Below are positions 1 to 9,859 of a DNA stretch of 64,000 bases, piece after piece (the first letter of the stretch is position 1; every line of letters begins with the position of its first letter). Location of the stretch: contig JAAEQW010000327.1 in assembly GCA_024231025.1 (NCBI GenBank), forward strand, positions 16,022 through 80,021, in the 5' to 3' direction. The position numbers and the translations under genes were made by a program. Origin of the DNA: Candidatus Omnitrophota bacterium. Lineage in GTDB: Bacteria; Omnitrophota; Gorgyraeia; Duberdicusellales; 4484-171. Below the pieces are notes generated by a model. It had not been told where the DNA came from and did no database searches. It saw nothing but the letters and a program-made list of their open reading frames with translations.

Positions 1-1
1 C

Positions 2-412
2 GACTTAAACGATAATTCACTAAATCTCATCCAACGTGACGTTGACAACTCTTGTGTAAAATGTCTACCAAGCAGTGAAGAATGCGTTTACTACACAATA
101 AGATTCAAAACACCTACCGGTCGCAATGCAAACGGAGAAATAAATTCCTGGTCCAGTGACATAATTTATACACTCAGCCCAAATCAAATTACCCGACAAG
201 ATGCGATCGCTACTACTGTTTTAGTTGATAACATAACTTTAGTTACCAGAACAGCAGGCAACGGTTATGCGAATGATCCTAATTCTTTTGGCTCAGGTTT
301 TGAGCGTTTGGCATCAAACCGAATTAAAATCTCTTTGGCCGCAGAGCGACAAAGTTTAACTAAAAGAAGCGTGAGATTAAAAATAGGAACGATCGTTTAT
401 TTGAGGAATTAA
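2..412 (+). CDS. 5'-truncated minor pilin/pseudopilin (PilW/GspJ-like), C-terminal part
   Basis: Frame 2 is open from the window start to TAA at 410-412 and ends ...GTIVYLRN, a C-terminus typical of PilW/GspJ-like proteins. It lies directly upstream of a PilX-like gene. Confidence 0.55.
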   Translation, partial: DLNDNSLNLIQRDVDNSCVKCLPSSEECVYYTIRFKTPTGRNANGEINSWSSDIIYTLSPNQITRQDAIATTVLVDNITLVTRTAGNGYANDPNSFGSGFERLASNRIKISLAAERQSLTKRSVRLKIGTIVYLRN

Positions 413-414
413 TT

Positions 415-1713
415 ATGAGAAAAGGAATAATCTTAATAGCCGTATTAACGCTGGTGGTCATCATCTTAGGGATGGCTAGCGCATATTTTTCTTATGTTGT
501 AACTGAAAAAAAGGCACTAGACAGAAATCTCGGCCTCATCAAAGCGTTTTATATTGCTGAGGCTGGTCTTGACCGATGCCTTTCAAGATTAAAAAATAAT
601 ATCACAACAAACTTAACAGAAAGTTTTGGCGAAGGCTTCTATTCCATTAGCGCTACAAACATCGGCGGACTAGCATACCGCCTTACCTCAACCGGCACAG
701 CACAAAATAGCTTAGGTGATACCTTAGCAAGTAAAACTTTTAGCATTTATGTGAAGGAAACGCCTTTTAATGTTTTCTCTTACTTTACCAACAATGAATA
801 TTTCACTCAGTGCTCAAGAGGATGGTGTTGGCAAACACCGGTATGGTTTACTACCGGTGATGCCCTGTATGGACCAATCTTTACTAACTCTGAATTCCAT
901 ATCGCTGGAGACCCAGCCTTTCACGGACCAGTAGGTAGCGCTACTGACGAAATAATTTATATGAATGGCGGTCCACCCAATGATAATCCCTATTTTGATC
1001 CGGCATATGATCCTAATCCCAGTTTAGGCCAAGACACCATTGACATGCCTACTTTTGACGATTCAAATTTACAAGATCTAAAAGCTGATGCTGTAAATTT
1101 CACTGGTGATACAAAAATAGATTTTATCAACGATGGAACAATGACCGTAACGAATGCCAATAAGGGTTGGGTTAACCACAACATGGCCCTACCAGCAGAA
1201 AAAAGTGTTTTTGTTGACGGTGGCAATCTTTACGTTTCCGGCACACTTGATGGAGAAATGACTCTTGGGGCGGATACAAACGCCTCCGGGGGCAAAGGCA
1301 ACATTGTTGTCACCGACAATTTACGTTTTAAGGACCGCTATGATGGAGCAGCGCTTCGTGCCGACCCAATGCTTGAGTCTAGTAGCACCAATTACTTAGG
1401 GTTAGTCGCAGGAAAAGATGTTATTGTTGATAAGAATGCTCCCAGCGATTTAGAAATTAACGCGTCAATCATGGCCCTTGGTGACTCGTTTATTGTAGAG
1501 AGATGGTGGGATTCGAATTATAATAAAGGAACATTGCTGGTTCTTGGCGGAATAATCCAAGAAGAACGTGGACCGGTTGGAACATTTCGGGGTGATACAA
1601 AAATAAGTGGCTTTAGCAAAAGTTATCATTACGATGAGCGGCTGTTAACAAAAAATCTTCCTTACTTTCCAACAACTGGTGAATATGAGGTGGTATCATG
1701 GAAAAGAAACTAG
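415..1713 (+). CDS. PilX/GspK-like minor pilin
   Basis: N-terminal RKG-IILIAVL prepilin-like hydrophobic helix and the PilX N-terminal motif KAFYIAEAG, followed by a long beta-rich C-terminal domain. Confidence 0.75.
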   Translation: MRKGIILIAVLTLVVIILGMASAYFSYVVTEKKALDRNLGLIKAFYIAEAGLDRCLSRLKNNITTNLTESFGEGFYSISATNIGGLAYRLTSTGTAQNSLGDTLASKTFSIYVKETPFNVFSYFTNNEYFTQCSRGWCWQTPVWFTTGDALYGPIFTNSEFHIAGDPAFHGPVGSATDEIIYMNGGPPNDNPYFDPAYDPNPSLGQDTIDMPTFDDSNLQDLKADAVNFTGDTKIDFINDGTMTVTNANKGWVNHNMALPAEKSVFVDGGNLYVSGTLDGEMTLGADTNASGGKGNIVVTDNLRFKDRYDGAALRADPMLESSSTNYLGLVAGKDVIVDKNAPSDLEINASIMALGDSFIVERWWDSNYNKGTLLVLGGIIQEERGPVGTFRGDTKISGFSKSYHYDERLLTKNLPYFPTTGEYEVVSWKRN

Positions 1714-2018
1714 ATAGAAAAGTTATTCTGGGTGTAATTATTATTATTCTAATTATTTTTGCCCTAAGCCGCTCTAATCCCCCCAAAAAAACACTTAAAG
1801 TCCCTACCTCTAGGCAAATAAAAGCAACGCCTTCTTTAGATACTGCTCCAATAGCTTTTCCTGAAATTACCGGCAAAACAATAAAAAATCTCGATAAGGC
1901 CACTGAGAAAGAAATAAGAAAAAACGTTCCCAAAAAAAGACAAAATGACGAATTCGAGCTGGCTCCCACCGCGGAAGAATTAATAGAAATGAAAAGAGAA
2001 AAAAGAAAAGTTTACTAG
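1698..2018 (+). CDS. Small single-TM hypothetical protein
   Basis: 106 aa ORF with an N-terminal hydrophobic helix; overlaps the previous stop codon and has a GAGG upstream. Confidence 0.6.
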   Translation: MEKKLDRKVILGVIIIILIIFALSRSNPPKKTLKVPTSRQIKATPSLDTAPIAFPEITGKTIKNLDKATEKEIRKNVPKKRQNDEFELAPTAEELIEMKREKRKVY

Positions 2019-2174
2019 GGTGTTTAAAAATCAATTACTATTTCTGAAATTCTTTTAACAGCAGTTATTCTCGCTTAAGAAGTTTAAGCGCCAGCGGATC
2101 AACAACTTATGGCATCACAAGCTGGCAAGAACAACAAAACCCTTATCCATTAACCCCTTAATCAATTTGCCTGA

Positions 2175-2203
2175 TTGACAATAAGTGATATATATACTAA
2201 TAT
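2175..2203 (+). promoter_or_regulatory. Sigma-70 promoter for pilM, probably leaderless
   Basis: TTGACA (2175-2180), 17 bp spacer, TAATAT (2198-2203); ATG at 2211 with no SD sequence. Confidence 0.55.
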
Positions 2204-2210
2204 ATTTTAG

Positions 2211-3197
2211 ATGGGCAATAAAAATATCATCTCTGGTATCAGTAAATTTCTTGACGACAAAGACACCGAATTTGTTTCTTTGGATTTAGGAACAAAATAC
2301 ATCAAATGCCTTGAAATAAAAGACAAGAAAATTTGTAACGTTTTTGTAGAAGATAGCAGAAAACCAACCGTAAAAAGCGCCATCGAACTTCTTAAAAAAA
2401 GAGGTCTTACGTCAAAAAAAATAAAGCTCACTTTAAAAGGACCCGACACAATCATAAGATATGTAAATTTTCCAAAGCTAGATAAAGCAAAATTGAAAGA
2501 ATCCTTTGGTTTTGAACTTTCAAAACACATTCCCTTTCCCCAGCAAGACGTATATTACGATATTTTCGTCTTAGACGAAAACTATTCTCAAAAAGAATTT
2601 TTGGTTCTTCTAGCCGTTGCAAAAAAAGAGCTAATCGACTCTTTGCTAGAGGAGTTTACGAAAGAAAAAATTTCTATAGCCGACATCAGTCTAAATGCGA
2701 TATCACTTATAAACCTCTATTACCATACTCACCATCCTGATTCCAATGTAGCAATCCTCGACATGGGGTTTTCTTCTACCATTCTTAGCTTGCTCAAAAA
2801 AGATAAGCCTTATTTAAGTAGAGAAATACGCATCGCCGGCAAAGCGCTCATTAAAAAAATTGCAGCCGCTAGCGGGATGGCAAATGAAGAAATCGACAGA
2901 AATTTACTCAACCCCACTCAACAAAAAGAATTACTTGCTGTTGGTGAAGAAGTTATCACCGACTTATGCGATGAAGTAAAGAACTCTTTTGACTACCTTG
3001 AAATGAACACTGGAGAACAAATACAAACCATTTATCTTACCGGAGGCCTAGCGGCAATTAACGGAGTTAAAGACACCATCGATGCAATTTTGGGAATTGA
3101 AACAAAAATATGGCAACCGTGGAATAAACTAAATACTGGCAAAGAATCATATTTCCCAAAAGAAATGCTAAGCGCGGTAGCTGGGCTAAATTTATGA
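2211..3197 (+). CDS. pilM: Type IV pilus assembly protein PilM
   Basis: Actin-like motifs SLDLGTKYIK, LDMGFSST and IYLTGG, plus HIPF..DVYYD; first gene of a MNOPQ-like run. Confidence 0.85.
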   Translation: MGNKNIISGISKFLDDKDTEFVSLDLGTKYIKCLEIKDKKICNVFVEDSRKPTVKSAIELLKKRGLTSKKIKLTLKGPDTIIRYVNFPKLDKAKLKESFGFELSKHIPFPQQDVYYDIFVLDENYSQKEFLVLLAVAKKELIDSLLEEFTKEKISIADISLNAISLINLYYHTHHPDSNVAILDMGFSSTILSLLKKDKPYLSREIRIAGKALIKKIAAASGMANEEIDRNLLNPTQQKELLAVGEEVITDLCDEVKNSFDYLEMNTGEQIQTIYLTGGLAAINGVKDTIDAILGIETKIWQPWNKLNTGKESYFPKEMLSAVAGLNL

Positions 3198-3757
3198 AGA
3201 AAATAAAAATCAATCTTCATCCCGTGCAAGCACAAGAAGAAACAAAACTTGTCAAAACAGCTGGTCAATATATGCCTTTTGCAATTTTAGGATTAGCTGG
3301 ACTGATTGTTGCAAACCTTATCATCTTTGCTTTTGCCAATGTACTGCGGCTATCCTACAGCGGGCGCCACAAACACTGGAAGAGCCTTTCGCCACAAGTT
3401 CAAGAAATAGTTCAGTTAAAAGACGAACTGCAAAAACATATTGTTGAGAAAAAAGATTTCCAAAATCTCCTTAGTGAGCATTTATCATTTTCTCAAATAA
3501 TGGCTGAATTTTTCTCATCAGCACCAAAAAACATTTGGCTCCGAGACATGTCAATAAACGAAGAAACCGTAAAAATAAACGGTTATGTAGTAAAGTGGAA
3601 AGAAGATCGTCTTGTATCGTTAGATAAATTAATCAAGGCACTTAATGAGCAGACGTATTTTATCGAAAAATTCAGAAATGTTGGTTTAAAAAATTACAGA
3701 AAGAGCACGCTAAATGGAGTCGATATAATTGAATTTAGAATGGAGTGCGCAAGATGA
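3194..3757 (+). CDS. pilN: Type IV pilus assembly protein PilN
   Basis: INLHP N-terminal motif, TM helix, coiled coil and P.NIWL motif; follows pilM. Confidence 0.8.
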   Translation: MKKIKINLHPVQAQEETKLVKTAGQYMPFAILGLAGLIVANLIIFAFANVLRLSYSGRHKHWKSLSPQVQEIVQLKDELQKHIVEKKDFQNLLSEHLSFSQIMAEFFSSAPKNIWLRDMSINEETVKINGYVVKWKEDRLVSLDKLIKALNEQTYFIEKFRNVGLKNYRKSTLNGVDIIEFRMECAR

Positions 3758-4293
3758 TTTTAAATAAAAAAACTGCCATTTATGCCGGGGTGACTACCGG
3801 ATTTATCGCGATTGCCTTTGTGCTTACTCCCCTTCAATTAAAAAGCATTTTCACTTTGAACACCAAAATAGACGATTTAAAGGAAAACATATCCAAAACC
3901 ACAGCTGACATTAATTCTAAGCAACAATTTATCTCTGATATCAAAAAAATCAAAGAAAGTATCGCTTCTCTTAAGGGAGAAATTATTCCTTCTCAAGATA
4001 TATCTACTCTACAGGCATATTTATCAAAACAAGCAAAAGAAAATAACATTGAAATCGTTGAAACCGGGTCCGGTATGCCAATCGTTGCAAAAATAATAAA
4101 CACGGAACGTTTTCTTTATGTTCCAATCAGCATCGCTACCCAATGCGGATTCCATAGTTTGGGTCGTTTTTTGTCGGAAATAGAAAAAGGGAAATACTCA
4201 TTAAAGATAGATAGCCTAACCATAAGCGGTTCAAAGCCTTACCATAGCGTAAGCATCCGGCTTTTGGCCTTAGTTAAGGAAGAGGTTTTATGA
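3754..4293 (+). CDS. pilO: Type IV pilus assembly protein PilO
   Basis: TM helix, coiled coil and FHSLGRFLSEIE motif; ATG at 3754 overlaps the pilN stop. Confidence 0.8.
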   Translation: MILNKKTAIYAGVTTGFIAIAFVLTPLQLKSIFTLNTKIDDLKENISKTTADINSKQQFISDIKKIKESIASLKGEIIPSQDISTLQAYLSKQAKENNIEIVETGSGMPIVAKIINTERFLYVPISIATQCGFHSLGRFLSEIEKGKYSLKIDSLTISGSKPYHSVSIRLLALVKEEVL

Positions 4294-4619
4294 TTAAATT
4301 TGCCTTACTCTGCTTTTTCTTGGTAATCTCCTTTGTGGCAGGTGCTTTCGATTACCCTCATACTACCCTTAGCAGTAGAGACCCCTTCTATCCATTGATT
4401 AATGAAAAGGGAGAAATAACAATTCGCGAAGAAAAAGGAATCGGTGATATAATGCTACAAGGAATTATATACCTGCCGGAAGGAAGTAGTGTTATAATTG
4501 ATAATAGAATGTTTGGCGAAGGCGATAGTTTCGAAAAATATAAGATAAAAAAAATAGAGGAACGTGGGATTATTTTGGAAAATGATGGTAAAGAATACTT
4601 TTTAAAATGGGAGGGATAA
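4290..4619 (+). CDS. PilP-like / GspC-like accessory protein
   Basis: Signal peptide, RDPF motif and LQGII..; lies between pilO and the secretin. Confidence 0.65.
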   Translation: MIKFALLCFFLVISFVAGAFDYPHTTLSSRDPFYPLINEKGEITIREEKGIGDIMLQGIIYLPEGSSVIIDNRMFGEGDSFEKYKIKKIEERGIILENDGKEYFLKWEG

Positions 4620-4620
4620 G

Positions 4621-6183
4621 ATGAAGGTTTATAGTTTTCGATTTTCATTTGGCAGTCTTGCTTTGATTTCTTTGTTTTCGATAATTTTTTTATTTTCTTC
4701 ATTATCAGGGTTTACCCAGGAGGAGGGAGTTCTTCCTTCCTTAAAATTTAAAGATGCTGACATTAGTGTAGTTTTACAAGCCATCGCTCAAAAAGCAACC
4801 AAAGACGGCAAACATGTAAACATCATTATTGCCCCTGAGGTAGAAGGCCCTGTTACAGTTGATTTAAAAGATGTCAATTGGCAAACAGCTTTAGACGCAG
4901 TGCTAAAGATTTACGATTACAGTTATGAATGGGTTGGTAAGGATATTGTTATGGTCACAACTCTGGAAAGACTGGCAGAAAAGCGAGAAAAAGAAGCCTT
5001 AGCCGCTCAGCAAGAACCCCTAGAAACATTTACTTACAGACTTATTTATCTTGATGCTCATGATATAGAAACAATGATACGGCCTCAGCTCACTCCGCGT
5101 GGAAAAATTACTGTTTTAGATATCGCCAGTCAAAAAGGATGGCGAGCACGCGGCGGTTTTGACACTCAAAGCGGCGCCGGACAATTTGAAAGAGCCCAGC
5201 GAGAAACAGGCGCAAGACCCAGAACAAAAACACTAATCATTACTGACACCAAATCCAATATTCGGACTCTTCTTGATGCCATTAAGAAAATCGACATCAT
5301 GCCAAAGCAAATATTAATTGAAACTCGCTTCATGGAAGTTAACAAAGATGTTCTTCGAGATATTGGCCTTGATTACGGCACAGGCGCAACAGGCGACGGA
5401 AGTGTGCAAGGGTTTAATAGCTCAGACACAAAAGTTGGTGGAGGCACCATTTCCAGCGATGGAGTTGCCCCTTCTATTTTTAATGCTCGGTCGTCAATCA
5501 ACGGAAGCAGTCCGTACGGTTCAGGATTAGAATTTGTTTTCAGAAAGCTTAATGGCACTGAGTTCCAGATTGCACTACACGCCCTTGAGGAAGATGTACA
5601 CACCAACACTCTTTCTGCTCCGCGAGTTCTAACTTTAGACGGTCAAGAAGCTTACATCATGGTTGGCGAAAAACGCCCGATCATCGAATCAAGTATCAGT
5701 TCAAGCGAAACAACTGTCGCGATAAACAAAAATTTGGGTTACTACCAGAATTTGGGAATCGAACTTAATGTTGTTCCTCAAATTTGTGGAGATAATTTTG
5801 TAAATATGGTAATTTACCCATCAGTAACATCTTCTTCGTCAGATGTAACCGCAAGATCGCAAATTGGCGATAGCTATTCTGACGACGACTACCCAATCAT
5901 TACAGTACGAGAAACTCAAACTCAAGTTTTAATGAAAGACGGAGAAACGATCTCTATCGGTGGTCTCTTAAAAGATGTAAAAAGTGAAAGCGTCTATAAA
6001 GTTCCTTTTTTAAGCAGCATTCCTTTTTTCGGAAAACTTTTTCAGCGCGAAACAAATGATACAGAAAAAATTGATCTAATTATCTTTATTACAGTGAGAA
6101 TTATGGACCCCGCTGCTGAATTAAGGAAATCACTTGAAGAAGAAGCTCAAGCAGCAGAAGAGGCAGAAATAATCATAGAATAA
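4621..6183 (+). CDS. pilQ: Secretin (PilQ/GspD family)
   Basis: LKFKDADI N0 domain, QILIETRFMEV, LSAPRVLTLDGQEAYI, DGETISIGGL and VPFLSSIPFFGKLF secretin motifs. Confidence 0.9.
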   Translation: MKVYSFRFSFGSLALISLFSIIFLFSSLSGFTQEEGVLPSLKFKDADISVVLQAIAQKATKDGKHVNIIIAPEVEGPVTVDLKDVNWQTALDAVLKIYDYSYEWVGKDIVMVTTLERLAEKREKEALAAQQEPLETFTYRLIYLDAHDIETMIRPQLTPRGKITVLDIASQKGWRARGGFDTQSGAGQFERAQRETGARPRTKTLIITDTKSNIRTLLDAIKKIDIMPKQILIETRFMEVNKDVLRDIGLDYGTGATGDGSVQGFNSSDTKVGGGTISSDGVAPSIFNARSSINGSSPYGSGLEFVFRKLNGTEFQIALHALEEDVHTNTLSAPRVLTLDGQEAYIMVGEKRPIIESSISSSETTVAINKNLGYYQNLGIELNVVPQICGDNFVNMVIYPSVTSSSSDVTARSQIGDSYSDDDYPIITVRETQTQVLMKDGETISIGGLLKDVKSESVYKVPFLSSIPFFGKLFQRETNDTEKIDLIIFITVRIMDPAAELRKSLEEEAQAAEEAEIIIE

Positions 6184-6185
6184 GA

Positions 6186-6983
6186 ATGTACCTTGATTAT
6201 TACGGATTAAAACATTCTCCTTTTAATATTACGTGTAATCCTGACTTTTTTTACGGCAGCGCTTCCCACCAAGAAGCTTTAGCCGCCCTGCTTTATGGGG
6301 TACAAGAAAAAAAGGGAATCATTTTAATTACTGGTGAAGTAGGAACTGGTAAAACTACGCTTTGCCGCACATTACTTAACCGGCTTCCTCCATCGATTAA
6401 AACTTCTTTTATTCTTAATCCTTATTTTAGCCAAACTCAACTGCTGCAAGCAATCGTTGAAGATTTCGGGATAAAACCAAAGCGAAGAACGCGCTTATCT
6501 TTGGTAAACGAATTAAACACTTTTTTGTTAGAAGTAAACAAACAGGGCTCAACCGCGACTTTGATTATTGATGAAGCGCAAAATCTTACTGCTCGCCAAC
6601 TCGAACAAGTTAGACTCCTAACAAATCTTGAAACCGCCAGGGAAAAACTACTACAAGTCATTCTTTCTGGACAGCCAGAGTTAACTGAAAAATTAAAAAA
6701 AACTGATTTACGTCAAATCCGTCAACGTATTTTTGTAAAATGCAACCTTTCTCCTTTAAAAGAAAAAGAAGTGCAAAATTACGTTGAGCATCGCTTAAAT
6801 CAAGCCGGCACTAAAGCGGTCGAAATATCATCCGAAAGCTATGAAACAATTTATGAATTTTCAAAGGGTATCCCCCGTTTAATTAATATGCTTTGTGACA
6901 GGGCTCTGCTTTGCGGATTTGCAAAGGAGAAAAAAACTTTTAATCGCAAGCTGTTTCAAACATGCATTGAGGAGTTAAAATGA
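6186..6983 (+). CDS. exeA: ExeA/GspA-family AAA ATPase
   Basis: MYLDYYGL..PF start, Walker A GEVGTGKT, IIDEAQNL, GQPEL and GIPRLIN motifs. Confidence 0.85.
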   Translation: MYLDYYGLKHSPFNITCNPDFFYGSASHQEALAALLYGVQEKKGIILITGEVGTGKTTLCRTLLNRLPPSIKTSFILNPYFSQTQLLQAIVEDFGIKPKRRTRLSLVNELNTFLLEVNKQGSTATLIIDEAQNLTARQLEQVRLLTNLETAREKLLQVILSGQPELTEKLKKTDLRQIRQRIFVKCNLSPLKEKEVQNYVEHRLNQAGTKAVEISSESYETIYEFSKGIPRLINMLCDRALLCGFAKEKKTFNRKLFQTCIEELK

Positions 6984-7420
6984 GTATTATTTATGATGCC
7001 TTAAAAAAAGCTGATAAGGATCCTGTTGGCTCAGCCTCTAAGAGTGAAGTAAAAATTGTAAAAACACCTAAAAAAGTTCCTAAAAAAATTGTTTTACCGA
7101 TAATTCTTATAGGGGTGGTCATATTTTTTATTTTCCATCTTAAAAATCAACCCGAAAATCAAGCTTCTCACAAACTTACGTCATCCTCCAGAGGAGTCCA
7201 AAGAAAAAGAAAGCCTATTCCTAAAAAAACTTACTCTAAGGGCAGCTATATTTTAGAAGGAATAATTTATGACGAGATTTCACCGCTTGCGGTTATTAAC
7301 GGTCGCATGTTAAACATTGGTGAGGCATTAAAACAAATGAAAGTTACACAAATAACCCCAACAAAGGTTACCCTTACCAACCTTGATAACAATAAAAAAT
7401 CTATCCTTTCTATCAATTAG
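6980..7420 (+). CDS. ExeB/GspB-like protein
   Basis: MSIIYDALKKA start, one TM helix and C-terminal LEGIIY..AVING; follows exeA. Confidence 0.7.
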   Translation: MSIIYDALKKADKDPVGSASKSEVKIVKTPKKVPKKIVLPIILIGVVIFFIFHLKNQPENQASHKLTSSSRGVQRKRKPIPKKTYSKGSYILEGIIYDEISPLAVINGRMLNIGEALKQMKVTQITPTKVTLTNLDNNKKSILSIN

Positions 7421-7473
7421 ATTAGGTCACGCGTCTTATCATTATGTATACCGGATAAATACAGGTAGATAAA

Positions 7474-8424
7474 CTACGATGAAAGTTTCTTTATTTTCGC
7501 AATAAAAAAAGCTTCCATATATTCATTGGGCAGGATTCTTCTGCAAAGCTGTACCGATTGATCATATTTCTTTTCTCGCCAACGAAGTCGCCCCGGCTGG
7601 ACATTATCTAAGCCGATCTTCAACGGTAAAACCGTTAATTTATTCCTAAATTTATTTATAAACCAATCAACCATTCCCTCATTCTCCTCAGGCGAAAAAG
7701 TGCAAGTTGAATATATTAACTCTCCGCCTTCTTTTAAAGCAAAAAACGCTGCACCGAGAAGCTTTTTCTGCGTGCGAACCATCTCTTTTACCTTTTTATC
7801 AGACCAGTACTTATACGTTTTTGGATTTTGAATATAAAATCGACCCTCCGTTGTACAGGGGGCATCAACTAAAATCTTGTCAAAATATTCAGGAAATTTT
7901 TTACGCACCAACGCCCCTTCACCAAGATAAACTTTAACTGAATTTCCCGCACCTTGTGTTTTTATATTAGTTAAGAGCTTATAATAACGTATGCGCGCTT
8001 TTTCATAAGCAACCAAATGCACTTTGGGTGCTAAAGATACAATTTGTGTTGTTTTCGCTCCGGGAGCAGCACATAAGTCAAGTACCGTATCGTTATCTAA
8101 AGGATCAAGTAAAATCGGCGAAAGCATGCTTGCGACATTTTGCACATAAACCAATCCGTCATTATAGATATCCGTTTTTTGCAATTGGCTTAAGGGTGTT
8201 TTTAACAAAAAGGCTCCCTTGGGAAAATCCAGCTCCTTAAATCTTATCCTGTTTTTAGAAAGCAGTTGGCGCAAGGTAGTGAGGTCCGTTTTTGTATAAT
8301 TTATCCTAAAAGACTGGATTTTTTTTTCTAAAAACGTACTGGTGATGCTTTCAAAGCGATCAGGATACAATTTACGAAGTTTTTGCAAAAAATTATTCGG
8401 TAATTGATGAATTAGTTCTTTCAT
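7474..8424 (-). CDS. RsmB/RsmF (NOL1/NOP2/Sun) RNA m5C methyltransferase
   Basis: VLDLCAAPGAKT, ILVDAPC and YSTCTFSPEENE motifs. Confidence 0.9.
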   Translation of the reverse strand: MKELIHQLPNNFLQKLRKLYPDRFESITSTFLEKKIQSFRINYTKTDLTTLRQLLSKNRIRFKELDFPKGAFLLKTPLSQLQKTDIYNDGLVYVQNVASMLSPILLDPLDNDTVLDLCAAPGAKTTQIVSLAPKVHLVAYEKARIRYYKLLTNIKTQGAGNSVKVYLGEGALVRKKFPEYFDKILVDAPCTTEGRFYIQNPKTYKYWSDKKVKEMVRTQKKLLGAAFFALKEGGELIYSTCTFSPEENEGMVDWFINKFRNKLTVLPLKIGLDNVQPGRLRWREKKYDQSVQLCRRILPNEYMEAFFIAKIKKLSS

Positions 8425-8426
8425 TT

Positions 8427-9398
8427 TTAAAAGACCTCTACCCGTCCCCAGAGTTTAAAAGTTTCTGTCATTACCGGATACCACTTACTCATCTTAGCAA
8501 AGTCACCTTTCACTTTGACTTTACCTTGCGTTGACGCTACAAAGGGGTCAATTTTTCTATTAAAAACTTTTTTTAATATTTCTTCTGTCCCAGAAATTAC
8601 AAACTCTGCCTCTTTGCTTTGGTCAACTTTAACAATTTTGCCATTCTGATAGTGAAAACAAACACTATTATCAGAATCTTGGTCTTCTACGGCTAAGGTG
8701 CACGTCAAATCGTATTGTTTACCTAACTGCTGCACTTGCTGATCTTCATTGATAATTTTAACAAGCAATTCAATATGTTTACCGGAAAGGAGCTTTTCCT
8801 TATGCGAAGTTGAATAATCCTCATCTGCATCAAGAGAGATTTTAGCATCTTTACCTCTAACTGTTAGGTTTACTCTTGATTGCTCTTCCAACAATTCAAT
8901 AAGACTAAAACTTTCTTTAAAGTCTTTTCCCATCGCAACAACGCCATGATTTTTCAAAACAATAACATTTCCATCTTCTAAGGCTTGCACAACTGGCCCA
9001 ACATCGGTAACCGTTGGCGTCTTTTGCGGAAGGACCGCTATATCACCCAAATAAAACTTAGCCTCAAAAGAAAAAATATCCAATTTATTAAAATAATGGA
9101 AAAATGCTGTTGAAAACGGCGAGTGAGAATGCAGTACAACCGATATATCTTTAAATTTATTATGTACCGCTAAATGAAGTTGTGTTTCACTGCTGGGAGG
9201 ACGTTTTCCTTCTAAGACATTGCCATTTAAATCCATCAATAGAATATCGTCTTCTTCTAAATGCCCTAGATAACAGTCGTGGCAAGTTATCAAAATATTG
9301 GCACCAACCTTACAAGACACATTGCCACTTCTTGCGGTTATAAGTCCTCTTTCGTTTAACAACTTTGACCAATAAACTATATCTTTTTTCAGGTTCAT
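8427..9398 (-). CDS. Class II aldolase/adducin family protein fused to a C-terminal SCP2-like domain
   Basis: SGNVS, PSSETQLH, HSHS and LKNHG Zn-binding motifs; C-terminal DPFVASTQGKVKVKGD is SCP2-like. Confidence 0.8.
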   Translation of the reverse strand: MNLKKDIVYWSKLLNERGLITARSGNVSCKVGANILITCHDCYLGHLEEDDILLMDLNGNVLEGKRPPSSETQLHLAVHNKFKDISVVLHSHSPFSTAFFHYFNKLDIFSFEAKFYLGDIAVLPQKTPTVTDVGPVVQALEDGNVIVLKNHGVVAMGKDFKESFSLIELLEEQSRVNLTVRGKDAKISLDADEDYSTSHKEKLLSGKHIELLVKIINEDQQVQQLGKQYDLTCTLAVEDQDSDNSVCFHYQNGKIVKVDQSKEAEFVISGTEEILKKVFNRKIDPFVASTQGKVKVKGDFAKMSKWYPVMTETFKLWGRVEVF

Positions 9399-9859
9399 TT
9401 TAATATCTCCTCTTCTATAAATTCATCTTGTGCTTCTACCATATCGTCCTTGCTTGCATTTAGGATAAACCGCTTACCTCCCAGAGTTGACACGTTCGCC
9501 TCTGATTGAAACTGAGCCGCTGCTGCAACCTCAATCTTTACATTATGTAATTTGCTCAAAAGCGCTACCTGCAAACTTCCGGTTAATGCAAATACTCCAT
9601 CTTTAGTTTGATTTTTGCAAAAAATAATTGTTTTATATATCCTGTTTTGTTGAAAAAGTAATCCCAGCGCGTTATCAGTACAATAAACAAACTGGATATT
9701 CTTTTTCTTTAGTAATGGGCAGTTGTGCAACAATCCAACCATGAATGGACGATTTTCAGCAACCACAACGAGCCACCCGCTTTGACGAATTCGCAAAATC
9801 CCCTCTTCAGATATTGGCCCCCAAACTAAAACTGCTTTTTTGATGTCGTTAAGCTTCAT
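9395..9859 (-). CDS. Short, degenerate eIF-2B/MtnA-like protein
   Basis: VAENRPF.VG and CTDNA resemble the ETRP and I.D.A motifs of MtnA; only 154 aa. Confidence 0.5.
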   Translation of the reverse strand: MKLNDIKKAVLVWGPISEEGILRIRQSGWLVVVAENRPFMVGLLHNCPLLKKKNIQFVYCTDNALGLLFQQNRIYKTIIFCKNQTKDGVFALTGSLQVALLSKLHNVKIEVAAAAQFQSEANVSTLGGKRFILNASKDDMVEAQDEFIEEEILK

